64,000 nucleotides of DNA from Candidatus Aenigmatarchaeota archaeon (GTDB taxonomy: Archaea > Aenigmatarchaeota > Aenigmatarchaeia > PWEA01 > JACQIF01), in NCBI GenBank assembly GCA_016432325.1, contig CP066684.1, forward strand, positions 768,001 through 832,000. Reading direction: 5' to 3'. This document shows positions 9,713 to 18,855 of this stretch, one piece after another. Both the position numbers and the translations under genes were made by a program. The notes below the pieces were generated by a model. That model was not told where the DNA came from, made no database searches, and saw nothing but the letters and a program-made list of their open reading frames with translations. Position 1 is the first letter of the stretch. The number at the start of each line of letters is the position of its first letter.

Positions 9713-9865
9713 ATGTCGCTACCGATAAAGATAGGTGTAGGCGCCGTCGGTCTGGCGGCTGTCCTAGGGGCCGGTTCAATTCTATTGGCCGGATTAAATG
9801 TACCACAGTGGTCAGTTTTCTTGCTGGCCGCCTTGGTGGTGTTTGTACTCGGAAGAGTCTTGTAG
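9713..9865 (+). CDS. Small two-TM protein
   Basis: MSLPIKIGVGAVGLAAVLG...VFVLGRVL; TATA-like TATATAAA upstream. Confidence 0.45.
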   Translation: MSLPIKIGVGAVGLAAVLGAGSILLAGLNVPQWSVFLLAALVVFVLGRVL

Positions 9866-9910
9866 ACACGGGTACTGGGGCCTACGGGCCCCACCCCATC
9901 TATAAAATTC

Positions 9911-10075
9911 TCAGTTTGTCTTGATGTCTTTGTATCTATCGGGCAACTTCAACGTCTCCACTTCTCCGTCGTCGAGGCTCGGAAACATCGCATCGTAAAA
10001 ACAATCCACATACCTCACGAACGGTCTCCCTTTCTTTACTTCTTCGAACAACATTTCATCTCGTGCTTCTTCCAT
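9911..10075 (-). CDS. Small hypothetical protein
   Basis: GAGGTG SD-like motif before MEEARDEMLF. Confidence 0.4.
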   Translation of the reverse strand: MEEARDEMLFEEVKKGRPFVRYVDCFYDAMFPSLDDGEVETLKLPDRYKDIKTN

Positions 10076-10100
10076 CTCCAACCACCTCGATATAACACTG

Positions 10101-10802
10101 TTATACCTTCTCGCTCGCGTATGGCGCCAATCCGTAAAGTCCCTGCGCAACATCGCCCGGCGACGGCACGGTCGGCCTCAAATGCTTCAAGCCGACGAGC
10201 AGCTCGCGCGGTCTTTCAAGCGCGTCGCACATCTCGACCGCGCGGCTGTCTATCTGCGAGCGCGTCGTCATCGCGTCCGTGCCGCGCGCAAGGGCGAGTA
10301 TGAAAAACTTCGTGAGCACGTCCAGCATGTTCATGGACTTCACGGTCTTGAGGCCGCGCTGATCACCAAAGAATGCGGCAGTCAGCATCGCCTTCTGCGT
10401 CTCTTCGCTGAACAGGAACTTTTCCAGAAGTGCATAATCTTTCTTTGTCGGGAATCGCGCCTTCGCTCCATTAAGCCGTTTGTGCGCTTCAGACACCTCA
10501 TCCTCCCAGTACTCCCATAGCGGTTTCAACGTTGAACGATAGAAGACCATCCTTCCATAGCGGCCGCGTGTGACGCGCTCCAGCTTTCGCACGCCCTCGA
10601 CCTGCTTTCTATACTCTTCCCTTGAGAGCTGAACCTCTTTCACGTAGCCGCGTTTCCTCAACCACGCGATCTCGTGTACGAGCGTTTTCTTTGACGAGCG
10701 CACAGTCTTTTGCATAACCTTTACGCACGAGGGCACGAAGAGCATCATCAGGTACATACTGCTTGTTATAGGTTTCTCAAGCCGTTCATATTGTCGCGCC
10801 AT
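10101..10802 (-). CDS. Putative winged-helix DNA-binding protein
   Basis: SKKTLVHEIAWLRKRGYV...MVFYRST wHTH-like pattern; GGTGA SD. Confidence 0.45.
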   Translation of the reverse strand: MARQYERLEKPITSSMYLMMLFVPSCVKVMQKTVRSSKKTLVHEIAWLRKRGYVKEVQLSREEYRKQVEGVRKLERVTRGRYGRMVFYRSTLKPLWEYWEDEVSEAHKRLNGAKARFPTKKDYALLEKFLFSEETQKAMLTAAFFGDQRGLKTVKSMNMLDVLTKFFILALARGTDAMTTRSQIDSRAVEMCDALERPRELLVGLKHLRPTVPSPGDVAQGLYGLAPYASEKV

Positions 10803-10916
10803 ATCACCACTAGCGGTGGTGAAGAAGATATACTCTCTGTCTTAAGGTTACCATACGATACCCTACGGTAACCCTAAGCTCTGTCAACTATATACTGCGC
10901 GCGGCACTAAACTGGT

Positions 10917-11159
10917 ATGGCCAAAGTCCGCACGACGTACAGCCTCAACGTGGAGACCGTCGCGAAGCTCCGCGAGGCGGCCACTATTTCTAAACAGCCG
11001 ATGTCGCGGCTCGTCGAAACCTCCGTCCTTGAGATGTCCAAGCAAATAATCCGCGCGAACGGAAACGCCCCGAAGAAAACCGGGGAGGAATCGCCCGTTT
11101 CTCCCCAGGCTCTTTCTCTCATCAGGCAACTGCTTTTCAGAACGGGAGTCTTGAGGTGA
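10917..11159 (+). CDS. Ribbon-helix-helix (CopG-like) regulator
   Basis: KVRTTYSLNVETVAKLREAA...MSRLVE. Confidence 0.7.
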   Translation: MAKVRTTYSLNVETVAKLREAATISKQPMSRLVETSVLEMSKQIIRANGNAPKKTGEESPVSPQALSLIRQLLFRTGVLR

Positions 11160-11242
11160 TGGTGTGGAATTTGCAACGCTGGCCGAGCTTTTCGAGTATG
11201 TGGAGAAGGAGGCGGGAAGGCGGGTCGAAGAGATGAAGAGAG

Positions 11243-11557
11243 GTGGGAAGTGTGGTTGAGGGTGTCATAAAACAGTCGGTGGATGTGCGCGGGCTCTTGG
11301 AAGCGGGGCTTCGTGAGTCCGACATTCTGATAATCGCTGTGGCCAACGGCGATCCATGCATTGGACCGCGCGGGATAGCAAAACTGTTGAACGTTCAGGC
11401 GCAGGCCGTGAGCAAGAGGATGAAAAGTCTGGAGAAGTTTGGCTACATCAGGCCGTCGGAGTTTCGTGCGGCTATGTATTCGAAGGAGGTGGCTGCATGC
11501 AACAACGGACATTCTGGGCAGCAGAAAGACGAAAGGATTCTCTGGCCCAAACAATGA
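11243..11557 (+). CDS. MarR/AsnC-like HTH protein
   Basis: GPRGIAKLLNVQAQAVSKRMKSLEKFGYI. Confidence 0.7.
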   Translation: MGSVVEGVIKQSVDVRGLLEAGLRESDILIIAVANGDPCIGPRGIAKLLNVQAQAVSKRMKSLEKFGYIRPSEFRAAMYSKEVAACNNGHSGQQKDERILWPKQ

Positions 11558-11718
11558 GGATTTTGAAGGCGCTGGGACGCGTGGAACGGCCTAAAGGCGT
11601 TGCCGTTGTTTCGGTGAATCTTGGCGTGACGATAGCAAAGGCTTCGGAGTATATTCGCGTGATGGAGATGTACGGAAGCCTTCGGGTGGAAAACAATTTC
11701 GTTGAGGTGATTCGGTGA
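11497..11718 (+). CDS. Small winged-helix protein
   Basis: GGAGGTG SD before ATG 11497; NLGVTIAKASEYIRVMEMYGSLRVE. Confidence 0.5.
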   Translation: MQQRTFWAAERRKDSLAQTMRILKALGRVERPKGVAVVSVNLGVTIAKASEYIRVMEMYGSLRVENNFVEVIR

Positions 11719-11909
11719 TAAACGTGTGTGAAGACGAAGGCGAGCAGCGTGTGTATTGTCGCTCGCGACGGAAGATGGTATATGCGCAGAGGATTGTGAT
11801 GCACTATGCGTATAGAAGACCTTCTTGCAAGCACAAGAGATGCTTGGCTCGCGTGAAGGCATTGAGGAAGAGGTACAACAGTATTGCGAATTATTTTGTG
11901 GAGAGATAG
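11715..11909 (+). CDS. Small basic Cys-containing protein
   Basis: GAGGTGA SD, GTGA overlap with the upstream stop. Confidence 0.45.
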   Translation: MINVCEDEGEQRVYCRSRRKMVYAQRIVMHYAYRRPSCKHKRCLARVKALRKRYNSIANYFVER

Positions 11910-11923
11910 GGTTTCCTTATCGG

Positions 11924-12625
11924 TTAGCCACCAAACTGACCCCAATAAGATACCGTGAAATCTTTTCTATCTGTGTCCAGGTTTGTGTAGTCTGAATCTA
12001 AAAGGTCTACCTGAAGTGTATACTCTCCGTCTCTGTCGAACGAGCAATCTAACAACTGTTCTTCATCTGTTATGGTATCACCGGGCGCGACGCTGGGGAA
12101 TGTGCTGAATGAGGGACTTCCCTGGCATACAACTCTGTCTTGGAGGTCATAGACGGTGAAATCAAAACGTGGAGTTATGGTTACGTCTCCTGTGTTTGAT
12201 ACTGTCAAACGTGTCGGCGCTAAGTTTGCATAAAGTAACTGAACACGATCTATCGTAATCTCGGCTTGTCTTACCTTTGTTTGTCCCGTTTCTGCCGGTT
12301 CGTCTGCCCCCGTCTGTGTAGTTATTGATGTCGGAGAAATTCCCGATGAAGCGAACCCCGACATACTGAATAATATCAGAATTACAACAGCCACGCCGAT
12401 TTTGATACCGCGCGACAGTTCTATGTTGGTTTTCTCACCAATGAGTGTATTCGTATATGGTATGATGAAAAGCGACAGAAGTGATATCACTACACCAAGA
12501 GCAGCAGATCCAGTAGCGATGACAGCTAGTCCATCGAAGAAGAATATTATACCAAATATCCAACTCAGAATAAGGCCAACGCTTATTCTTATTTTGGGTT
12601 TCTCCGAAGCATTCGCTTTTGGCAT
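11924..12625 (-). CDS. Membrane protein (3 TM) with extracellular Ig/CARDB-like domain
   Basis: N-terminal TMs; VSNTGDV, VAPGDT, GEYTLQVDL. Confidence 0.6.
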   Translation of the reverse strand: MPKANASEKPKIRISVGLILSWIFGIIFFFDGLAVIATGSAALGVVISLLSLFIIPYTNTLIGEKTNIELSRGIKIGVAVVILILFSMSGFASSGISPTSITTQTGADEPAETGQTKVRQAEITIDRVQLLYANLAPTRLTVSNTGDVTITPRFDFTVYDLQDRVVCQGSPSFSTFPSVAPGDTITDEEQLLDCSFDRDGEYTLQVDLLDSDYTNLDTDRKDFTVSYWGQFGG

Positions 12626-12800
12626 ATTACCATCACGATTAATTGGTTAATAAAGCTTGCACGGCGTGTGCATATACCAAAGCGTGTTACCAACTACCAT
12701 ATCGCGCGTATATAGTATTTTCCTATATACACAAAAATTGGGTTCAAGATAGACTTACTTACTGGGTTATGTACACACACGGACGCGGTAAAAGTGTATC

Positions 12801-13748
12801 CTACTTCAGTTCTCTTTTAGCGTCTTGGAGTACTGCCAGATGAGCTACTTTGAAAAAGCCGACGCGCACAGTCTCCATTAAAACTATAGAGAAAACTAAG
12901 AAGACGATCCAGCTCATGAACGCGTCTGTGACAGCAGAAACTTTTGTCGGAGTAACAATTGCCATGACTGAAAGCACAACAAAGAGGATTAGAGATACTT
13001 TCAAAGCGTATTGAATTAATGTATACAAGGCTCTAAAGAACTCGTTTACAAAACGTATAGCTGCTATTTTGCGCTCCCCAACGACACCATGTGAATATTC
13101 GTAATATTTTGTAAGAAATTGAGAGAAGACTGCAGGATTCGTCTTTCTTGTTTTCAATTGTTTCAACATCTTAGTATATGTAGAAAATCCTATATTCGAT
13201 GAGCACTTTTTGATAAATCGTTTAACCAGAGTGTCATTGCAAAACGATTTTAAAAGGAATCGGCGGTCGAGCAAATATTGGATCTCCGACTCCTTGAGAA
13301 TTTTATGTTTGAATATACTATGATAGATCCTGGCGTTATCAGACGCATTCTTTATTATGAAGTCTAGGTCATCTGCAGTTAGGTGTTCTGCACCATCTTC
13401 CAGAAACTTATCCAAACGATTAATATCTACCCTTTGATCGTTCATGATATATTCTATATTTCTCGTTCTCCTTAGAAGGTGTGGGTTTGAGACTAGTAAA
13501 TTCAATAGTATTCCAACACCAAGAGCGATTAAAGCAATCGTGCTTATCGGAACTACAGTGTTGACAAGCACGTAAAGGAAGAATAAGGCCAGGAGCCAGA
13601 ACTCTTGCGTGAGGGTTAATCCATAGCGCCTAGCATATTGTTTCAAGAGTTGGATGATAGGTCTCAGAAGGCTTGAAAAAACCCCACCTAGCTCACTTAT
13701 AGTTTCTTCATTTGGCTCCCTATCATGCGATCTGCTTCTCGATCCCAT
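12801..13748 (-). CDS. AT-rich cargo membrane protein (2+2 TM around a soluble helical domain)
   Basis: 315-aa ORF, hydropathy pattern, low GC. Confidence 0.55.
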   Translation of the reverse strand: MGSRSRSHDREPNEETISELGGVFSSLLRPIIQLLKQYARRYGLTLTQEFWLLALFFLYVLVNTVVPISTIALIALGVGILLNLLVSNPHLLRRTRNIEYIMNDQRVDINRLDKFLEDGAEHLTADDLDFIIKNASDNARIYHSIFKHKILKESEIQYLLDRRFLLKSFCNDTLVKRFIKKCSSNIGFSTYTKMLKQLKTRKTNPAVFSQFLTKYYEYSHGVVGERKIAAIRFVNEFFRALYTLIQYALKVSLILFVVLSVMAIVTPTKVSAVTDAFMSWIVFLVFSIVLMETVRVGFFKVAHLAVLQDAKRELK

Positions 13749-13829
13749 AGTTTATACATACAATGAAGTGATATAAACTAAACGCCGTTTTGCATATGAT
13801 TTAAAGGTGTTTGCACGACATAAGTGGAA

Positions 13830-14474
13830 CTAATTAACCGTAACTTCCAAGTTCTCTCCGTGCGCAACGAAATGTCTCATGTTCCACCACAGATAGCGCA
13901 CGAGCTCTTTATCCGTATTTGGTGTAGCAAGCAGCCTTCGCAATTCGTCCTGCATTAAAGCCCGTGCTCGTTCAACAGACTCCTTGACAGAGTTGCCTTT
14001 AATTAAAGCCTCTATCAAGATTTGCGATGGTTTCAAAAATAGCTTCGCGGTCTCGTCGTGGAGAGGCTTGCTGATCTTGGCGGGCTCATAGAAGAAAACG
14101 AAGTCATCGTCATATCCAATATAGCTTATGGCCCCTGCGTCGACGCTGGCCGGTCCGAGTTTCTTCGCCGAACTACAGGATATCGCATACACAATACGGG
14201 ACTTCAAAACGCCTTCGTTCTCCCCTTTCTGAACTACCGGAATATTTTTATGTCCGGTAACCGTGTTCTCGTCTCCGTGACCATTTAGGACAACAAGCGC
14301 AGGCTCATGCTTCCTCAGCATGCTTTCCACTTCTTCTTTGTTGGCTTTTTCTCGACGCAAATCAAGAACTTTGATTCCTTTACCTTCGGCTAAATCTACG
14401 GTCTCCTTGCACCATGCGGATAGATAATGAGTCGTGTCGTCGTGTTCGGGTCTTGTAACGAGATAGGCTTTCAT
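13830..14474 (-). CDS. Caspase/gingipain (clan CD)-fold cysteine protease-like protein
   Basis: His-Gly and Cys dyad motifs LVVLNGHG and IVYAISCSSA; SYIGY. Confidence 0.65.
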   Translation of the reverse strand: MKAYLVTRPEHDDTTHYLSAWCKETVDLAEGKGIKVLDLRREKANKEEVESMLRKHEPALVVLNGHGDENTVTGHKNIPVVQKGENEGVLKSRIVYAISCSSAKKLGPASVDAGAISYIGYDDDFVFFYEPAKISKPLHDETAKLFLKPSQILIEALIKGNSVKESVERARALMQDELRRLLATPNTDKELVRYLWWNMRHFVAHGENLEVTVN

Positions 14475-14680
14475 GCAAGCAGCCCTTCTTTCATTGCTCG
14501 CAGGAACTCGAGCTCTATTTCAACTATTTTCTTTCCTATCTCATTCTCTTTCTTGACGTTCTCTATCAGTTCTTCTTTGCTGAACTCTCCGTACGAACCG
14601 ATGGAGATCTTCTTGTTTGCTGGGAGCGAATCTAACCTGTAGATAACAAGTTGCTTAACATCCTGCGGAATACCACTCAT
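14471..14680 (-). CDS. Small conserved hypothetical protein (operon with the protease)
   Basis: ATGA overlap; ends ENEIGKKIVEIELEFL. Confidence 0.65.
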   Translation of the reverse strand: MSGIPQDVKQLVIYRLDSLPANKKISIGSYGEFSKEELIENVKKENEIGKKIVEIELEFLRAMKEGLLA

Positions 14681-14910
14681 ATTATTTTCAACTCCTCAAG
14701 TATTTTGAGTATCTTCTTCCCCTTTGGTGTGTTGTTAGATATCTCGATGTAGGCGACCTGCCAGCTGACTGGTTCTCCATCGAGCATGGCCACTGCTTCG
14801 CTTCTGAAGTTCAATGGTATATTCGCATAAGCCTTTAAGAACCTTTCTCGGGCGCCCATAGTATTGATTGTGGCAACCTGCTTTAAATCCTTCACCGTCA
14901 GGGAGACCAT
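14677..14910 (-). CDS. Small hypothetical protein, resembles its downstream neighbour
   Basis: Translationally coupled; ends NNTPKGKKILKIL. Confidence 0.6.
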   Translation of the reverse strand: MVSLTVKDLKQVATINTMGARERFLKAYANIPLNFRSEAVAMLDGEPVSWQVAYIEISNNTPKGKKILKILEELKII

Positions 14911-14961
14911 ATACTACCTTCCTTCACTCCGCTTATAAACTCCACAACACCCCGCCGGTGG

Positions 14962-16149
14962 TTAATGTCTGGCTTGCAGTTCCTCGAACTTCTTCTGCAC
15001 GAGTTCTTCCACAGCCTCCTTTGTCAATGACGAGAGCAGGAGCTTCTCTCCTTCCATCGTCTGCATCTTCGCCCTCTCTGAGACGGCGCGTCTGCAACGA
15101 ACGCACCAATCGCGGTCCACGCTGTTGGCCGTTCCGCAAGTATTGCACTCTTTAGGTCGGAGTTTATCGTTCGCGTTTTCCTCTTTCGGAACCTTGCCGT
15201 ACATCCGCAGAACTTCTTCGTCCACCGCAGCGCCTGACATATGTATGTAAACCGCTGGCATACGGCTTCCCTGCGTCCAACCGAAGTAGTTTTTCATGAC
15301 AGCCTCACGTAAATGTGGAGCGACACGCGTGGCCGCGCTCTTGCGCATTAAGTGGCAGTGCAGTCTCTTCGTGAGAGCGCCGCTCTCTTCGAGGCGCTTC
15401 AAGAAAGCCGTCAGCATAGCGAAGCCGAACGCCTTCTGGCGGTCGGAAACCCACAAAGCGTCCTCCTGTCTCTTTGTCGGATGTTGTTCGAGATATTCGG
15501 AGAGTGCCGGTACGGCAGCCACCAAACGCACGGGTCGTTGGCCTGTCTTGCCTTCCTCTGGAACATAAACTATCGCCCCCATCTGATCGAATACGACGTG
15601 CTTTACTCGCAGGTTTAGGAGTTCGCCTGCACGCAAGCCGCCTTCCCACATGACCCATAGTATGGCTCTTTCGCGGGTGTTTTTGGTATTCTTAAGAAGT
15701 TCGCGAAGGTCTTCTTCGCTGACCAGTTCGTTCGGAGTCAGGTGCCTTACGTCATGGCCGCCCGTGCTTATCCACGCCACTTCAGGCGGATAGAGCTTGC
15801 CTTCGCCTTTCATCCACTTGTAAAAACGCTTTAGGACGACTCTGTGGTCTCTTCTGGTATTCTTTGCCCAATTTGGTCTCTCTTGAATAGTCTCCACGAC
15901 CTTCTTTATGTCTTCTTTTGTCGCCTTGTCAAAGTCCTTCTTGAGATATCCAGCAAGCGTCCGAAGATGGTAGATGTAGAAGACCTGCCGCGCCCGGCCT
16001 ATGCCGTCTATCTTTGTATCCCTCAGGAAGTCGTAGATAACTTTCTTATTGCTCCTCGAGACCTTCCTGTCCTTCTCCAGATGCTTTATGGCGTTCTGAT
16101 AGCGGTTCTCAAAGTTGTGGATGTCGCCCCGTGGCTCTATTGCTCCCAT
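14962..16149 (-). CDS. int: Tyrosine recombinase/integrase with C-terminal Zn ribbon
   Basis: GLRAGEL (R), GKTG (K), HLMRKS (HxxR), FGW, AVYIH (Y); CNTC/CVRC. Confidence 0.92.
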   Translation of the reverse strand: MGAIEPRGDIHNFENRYQNAIKHLEKDRKVSRSNKKVIYDFLRDTKIDGIGRARQVFYIYHLRTLAGYLKKDFDKATKEDIKKVVETIQERPNWAKNTRRDHRVVLKRFYKWMKGEGKLYPPEVAWISTGGHDVRHLTPNELVSEEDLRELLKNTKNTRERAILWVMWEGGLRAGELLNLRVKHVVFDQMGAIVYVPEEGKTGQRPVRLVAAVPALSEYLEQHPTKRQEDALWVSDRQKAFGFAMLTAFLKRLEESGALTKRLHCHLMRKSAATRVAPHLREAVMKNYFGWTQGSRMPAVYIHMSGAAVDEEVLRMYGKVPKEENANDKLRPKECNTCGTANSVDRDWCVRCRRAVSERAKMQTMEGEKLLLSSLTKEAVEELVQKKFEELQARH

Positions 16150-16208
16150 ACTCTACTAACCTCCGCCGGACTATATAGTTGACACGTATGGGTTCCATAG
16201 AATGGGAA

Positions 16209-16450
16209 TGGAGCCCCGGGTGGGATTCGCTTTTGCGAGGTAGCGTAAACCACGGGTGCCGATTGGACCCACGTGGTGATCGACGCAAAGGCTTTTGCAC
16301 CCACGACCTGCGCATCTCTCCCGAGCATCTCGCTTCATGTTTTGCTAGAGCTTTGCTGCGAGCTCCAGCACGGCACGGGCGAGCAGGGAAGGCGGAAGCC
16401 TCCCGAAAGCTCTTACGAGTGCGCCGCTCTGCTAGCTGAGCCACCGAGGC
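16209..16450 (-). tRNA. tRNA-Thr(CGT) with two introns (anticodon ~16316-16413, 98 nt; T-loop ~16226-16293, 68 nt)
   Basis: GCCTCGG/CCGGGGC acceptor, T73-CCA, GCGCA-CTCGTAA-TGCGC, GTGGG/CCCAC; removing both introns gives 76 nt. Confidence 0.85.
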
Positions 16451-16613
16451 ATCGCTTCGGAACGTTTTTGCCCATGTACGAAAACGTCGGTTTTCGACAT
16501 GTCGGCAACCGATGTTGCCGTACACACTTTTTCTAAAAGTGTGGCTGACGCACCGAGGCGTACGCAGACGTAACGCCGGAAGGTATAAAAAGGCTAGAGT
16601 GCGTATAACTGCC

Positions 16614-16892
16614 ATGGGATTGTTCGACAGAACCCGCAGCGAAACCAATACGATTGCCGCACTCAAGGATATTGCGGAATCCATAGACGGCAACGGCAGC
16701 CACGACGTGCCCAAACCGGTTGTCATGAACTTGAAAATCATCAAGACGATGCTACTGGAAGTCGCCGACAGTATTCGCTTTGGTAGTATGGATCAAAAAG
16801 AGCGCGCCAAACTCCAGGATGTGGTCCGGTCCTTAGAAAGAGAGATTAAGGATATCCAACTGATCCAAGAGAAAATCAGGCGCGTCCTGTAG
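16614..16892 (+). CDS. Hypothetical helical protein
   Basis: ATG start downstream of a TATA-like element. Confidence 0.5.
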   Translation: MGLFDRTRSETNTIAALKDIAESIDGNGSHDVPKPVVMNLKIIKTMLLEVADSIRFGSMDQKERAKLQDVVRSLEREIKDIQLIQEKIRRVL

Positions 16893-16910
16893 GATGTTCT
16901 GGTGTTTTCC

Positions 16911-17225
16911 ATGGCAATGTCAAAGGAAGGCCGGCCGTTGGTGGAAACCGAAACGGTCCCCGCTAGAATGTGCGATCTTAAAGGCGGAATTATAGACCAG
17001 TCTACGGAGAAAAAAGTGATGGTGCTCGTCGGAAGGGTGGACTCAAACGACAAATGGCGCGGCACCATATGCGTGGAGGACAGCGAATACAGCGAGGAGC
17101 TGAGCAGAAAGGCGCCCAAAGATACAGATTTCCGTACGCTAAAGGCATATCTGCATAAAAGCGGTCACGTGATACTAATCAGGCGACGCGATTTGGACGA
17201 TTATGCCAGGAAACATCCAAAATAG
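16911..17225 (+). CDS. Hypothetical protein
   Basis: ORF in tandem with neighbours. Confidence 0.5.
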   Translation: MAMSKEGRPLVETETVPARMCDLKGGIIDQSTEKKVMVLVGRVDSNDKWRGTICVEDSEYSEELSRKAPKDTDFRTLKAYLHKSGHVILIRRRDLDDYARKHPK

Positions 17226-17290
17226 ACAGATGAGAAAATCGTTCCGCGAGCGCACCAAACCTATTTATCCGTGCACCGCAAGCTCTGGTT

Positions 17291-17740
17291 ATGAAACCCA
17301 GACCGATAGCCGCAGTTTCCATCACAGAAGCCATGGCTGTGAAGAAAGAAGCCGTGGAGAACTCGCTCAAGACGCTTCTGGAGGCCATAAAACAGGAGAA
17401 AGGAATCGTCGTCAAAAGCGCCACCTTCGCCGAGGCCCTGCGCGTGGAGAAGCCCAGAAAGAACATTCCGGAAGCGTACACGCAGGTTATGGAGCTTGAA
17501 ATCGAGTTTGAGAACCTCAAGAGGATGCTCAACTACACCATGAAATACGGCCCGTCCGCCCTCGAAATAATGGAGCCGAAGGAGATTAACGTGAACCTCA
17601 ACGAGGCGCAGGAGATGGCCAACGAGATAATGGCGTTCATCCACCGCTATGCGGCGGCGGGAATAGGCGGCGTGGTTATCGTGCCAACGAAGAAGATAGA
17701 GCAGCCGAAACAGGACGCGCAGAAAACGACTACAGGCTGA
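17291..17740 (+). CDS. Conserved hypothetical archaeal protein
   Basis: KYGPSALEIMEP motif; host-like codon usage. Confidence 0.6.
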   Translation: MKPRPIAAVSITEAMAVKKEAVENSLKTLLEAIKQEKGIVVKSATFAEALRVEKPRKNIPEAYTQVMELEIEFENLKRMLNYTMKYGPSALEIMEPKEINVNLNEAQEMANEIMAFIHRYAAAGIGGVVIVPTKKIEQPKQDAQKTTTG

Positions 17741-17771
17741 CTGTTTCATCGTGTCGCCGCAAGGGCGACTG

Positions 17772-17851
17772 GTGAAACAACAGTTTCACGCGATCGTTTC
17801 ACTCCGTGGGCGCGCGACAAGCATATATTCATCGTTCCACAATCGTTTCAC
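17772..17851. promoter_or_regulatory. GTTTCAC operator-like array, including the palindrome GTGAAAC-N4-GTTTCAC
   Basis: Palindrome 17772-17789; further half-sites at 17796 and 17845; same motif at 18998. Confidence 0.45.
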
Positions 17852-17865
17852 CGGCAGGTGTGTCC

Positions 17866-18855
17866 ATGAAAGCCGCATACGTTATACCCATAATGATACT
17901 GCTGGTCATAGTCCCCACGCTGGCTGAGGCCAGACTGGAGTACATGGAAAGCAACGCGGTCATAAACTCCACAAAAATCGACTTTTCTGTCAGGATAATA
18001 TTCCAGGACGTTCCGGCAGGCACGTTCGAGTACCCGCTTTTCTACAAGGTCGACGACTTCCGCAGCGGGGGCAACATAGGCGGCGTTGCGTGCGAGGCCC
18101 AGAGGAAGCCGTGGGGCACGAACATCGCCTGCGATTTCACTAACGCGGAGCGCACGGGCAGGACGCTTGAGCTCCGCTACGAGACGACGGACCTCGTCGA
18201 TATCGTGGACAACCAGCGCGTCTTTTCGGACAACATCCGTGCGCCAGACGATACGAAACGGCTTGTCGTGCGCACGTATCTTGCGCAGGGTTTCGTGCTG
18301 GTGGGTCCGGACAGCGGGCCTCTGCCTCCGTATACGCCTCTGGACGGAGTGAGCGGAACCGATGGCAGGGTGATATACGTCGTTTGGAACAGGAACGAGA
18401 CATCAAAGGGCGAGGGCGTTCCGGTAACGGTCGCTTATGAACGCGTTATACCGCAGGCGTCTTCTGACATACCGCTCCTTCTGGTCATCGGTTTCGCAGG
18501 CCTGATAGCCGTGCTCCTGCTTCTCATCCTCCTGAAGAGGAGGGGAACCGAACAGCCCGTTTCACTCACGCTTTTGAAGGAGGACGAGCGGAAAATCGTC
18601 GAATTCCTGAAGTCCCAAGGCGGGATAGCGAAGCAACGCGCCATCGTCGCGCACACAGGCTTCTCAAAGGCCAAGGTATCGAGGCTCGTGCGTGACCTCG
18701 AACTGCGCGGCCTGTTGGCTGTGAAAGGCATGGGCCGCGTCAACGAAGTGAAGCTTTTGGGTCCCAAAGACCAAAAAGAGGAGAAAACGGCTAAAACGCC
18801 TGTAAACGAGGTCAATAAGGCTCAGGAAGGGGAAATAAAGAAGGAAGATGTATAA
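17866..18855 (+). CDS. Membrane-anchored HTH regulator (COG2512-like)
   Basis: Signal peptide, extracellular beta domain, TM, then LKEDERKIV...QRAIVAHTGFSKAKVSRLVRDLELRGLL. Confidence 0.75.
   Translation: MKAAYVIPIMILLVIVPTLAEARLEYMESNAVINSTKIDFSVRIIFQDVPAGTFEYPLFYKVDDFRSGGNIGGVACEAQRKPWGTNIACDFTNAERTGRTLELRYETTDLVDIVDNQRVFSDNIRAPDDTKRLVVRTYLAQGFVLVGPDSGPLPPYTPLDGVSGTDGRVIYVVWNRNETSKGEGVPVTVAYERVIPQASSDIPLLLVIGFAGLIAVLLLLILLKRRGTEQPVSLTLLKEDERKIVEFLKSQGGIAKQRAIVAHTGFSKAKVSRLVRDLELRGLLAVKGMGRVNEVKLLGPKDQKEEKTAKTPVNEVNKAQEGEIKKEDV

Larger units (their letters stand above)
8729..16222. mobile_element. Integrative element (~7.5 kb) inserted at the 3' end of tRNA-Thr(CGT)
   Basis: 15-bp direct repeat at both ends, tyrosine integrase next to the tRNA, AT-richer cargo genes. 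Confidence 0.85.

Noticed and set aside
16109-16744. ORFs spanning the tRNA-Thr locus
   Set aside because: They overlap the intron-containing tRNA and its leader, with no protein motifs.
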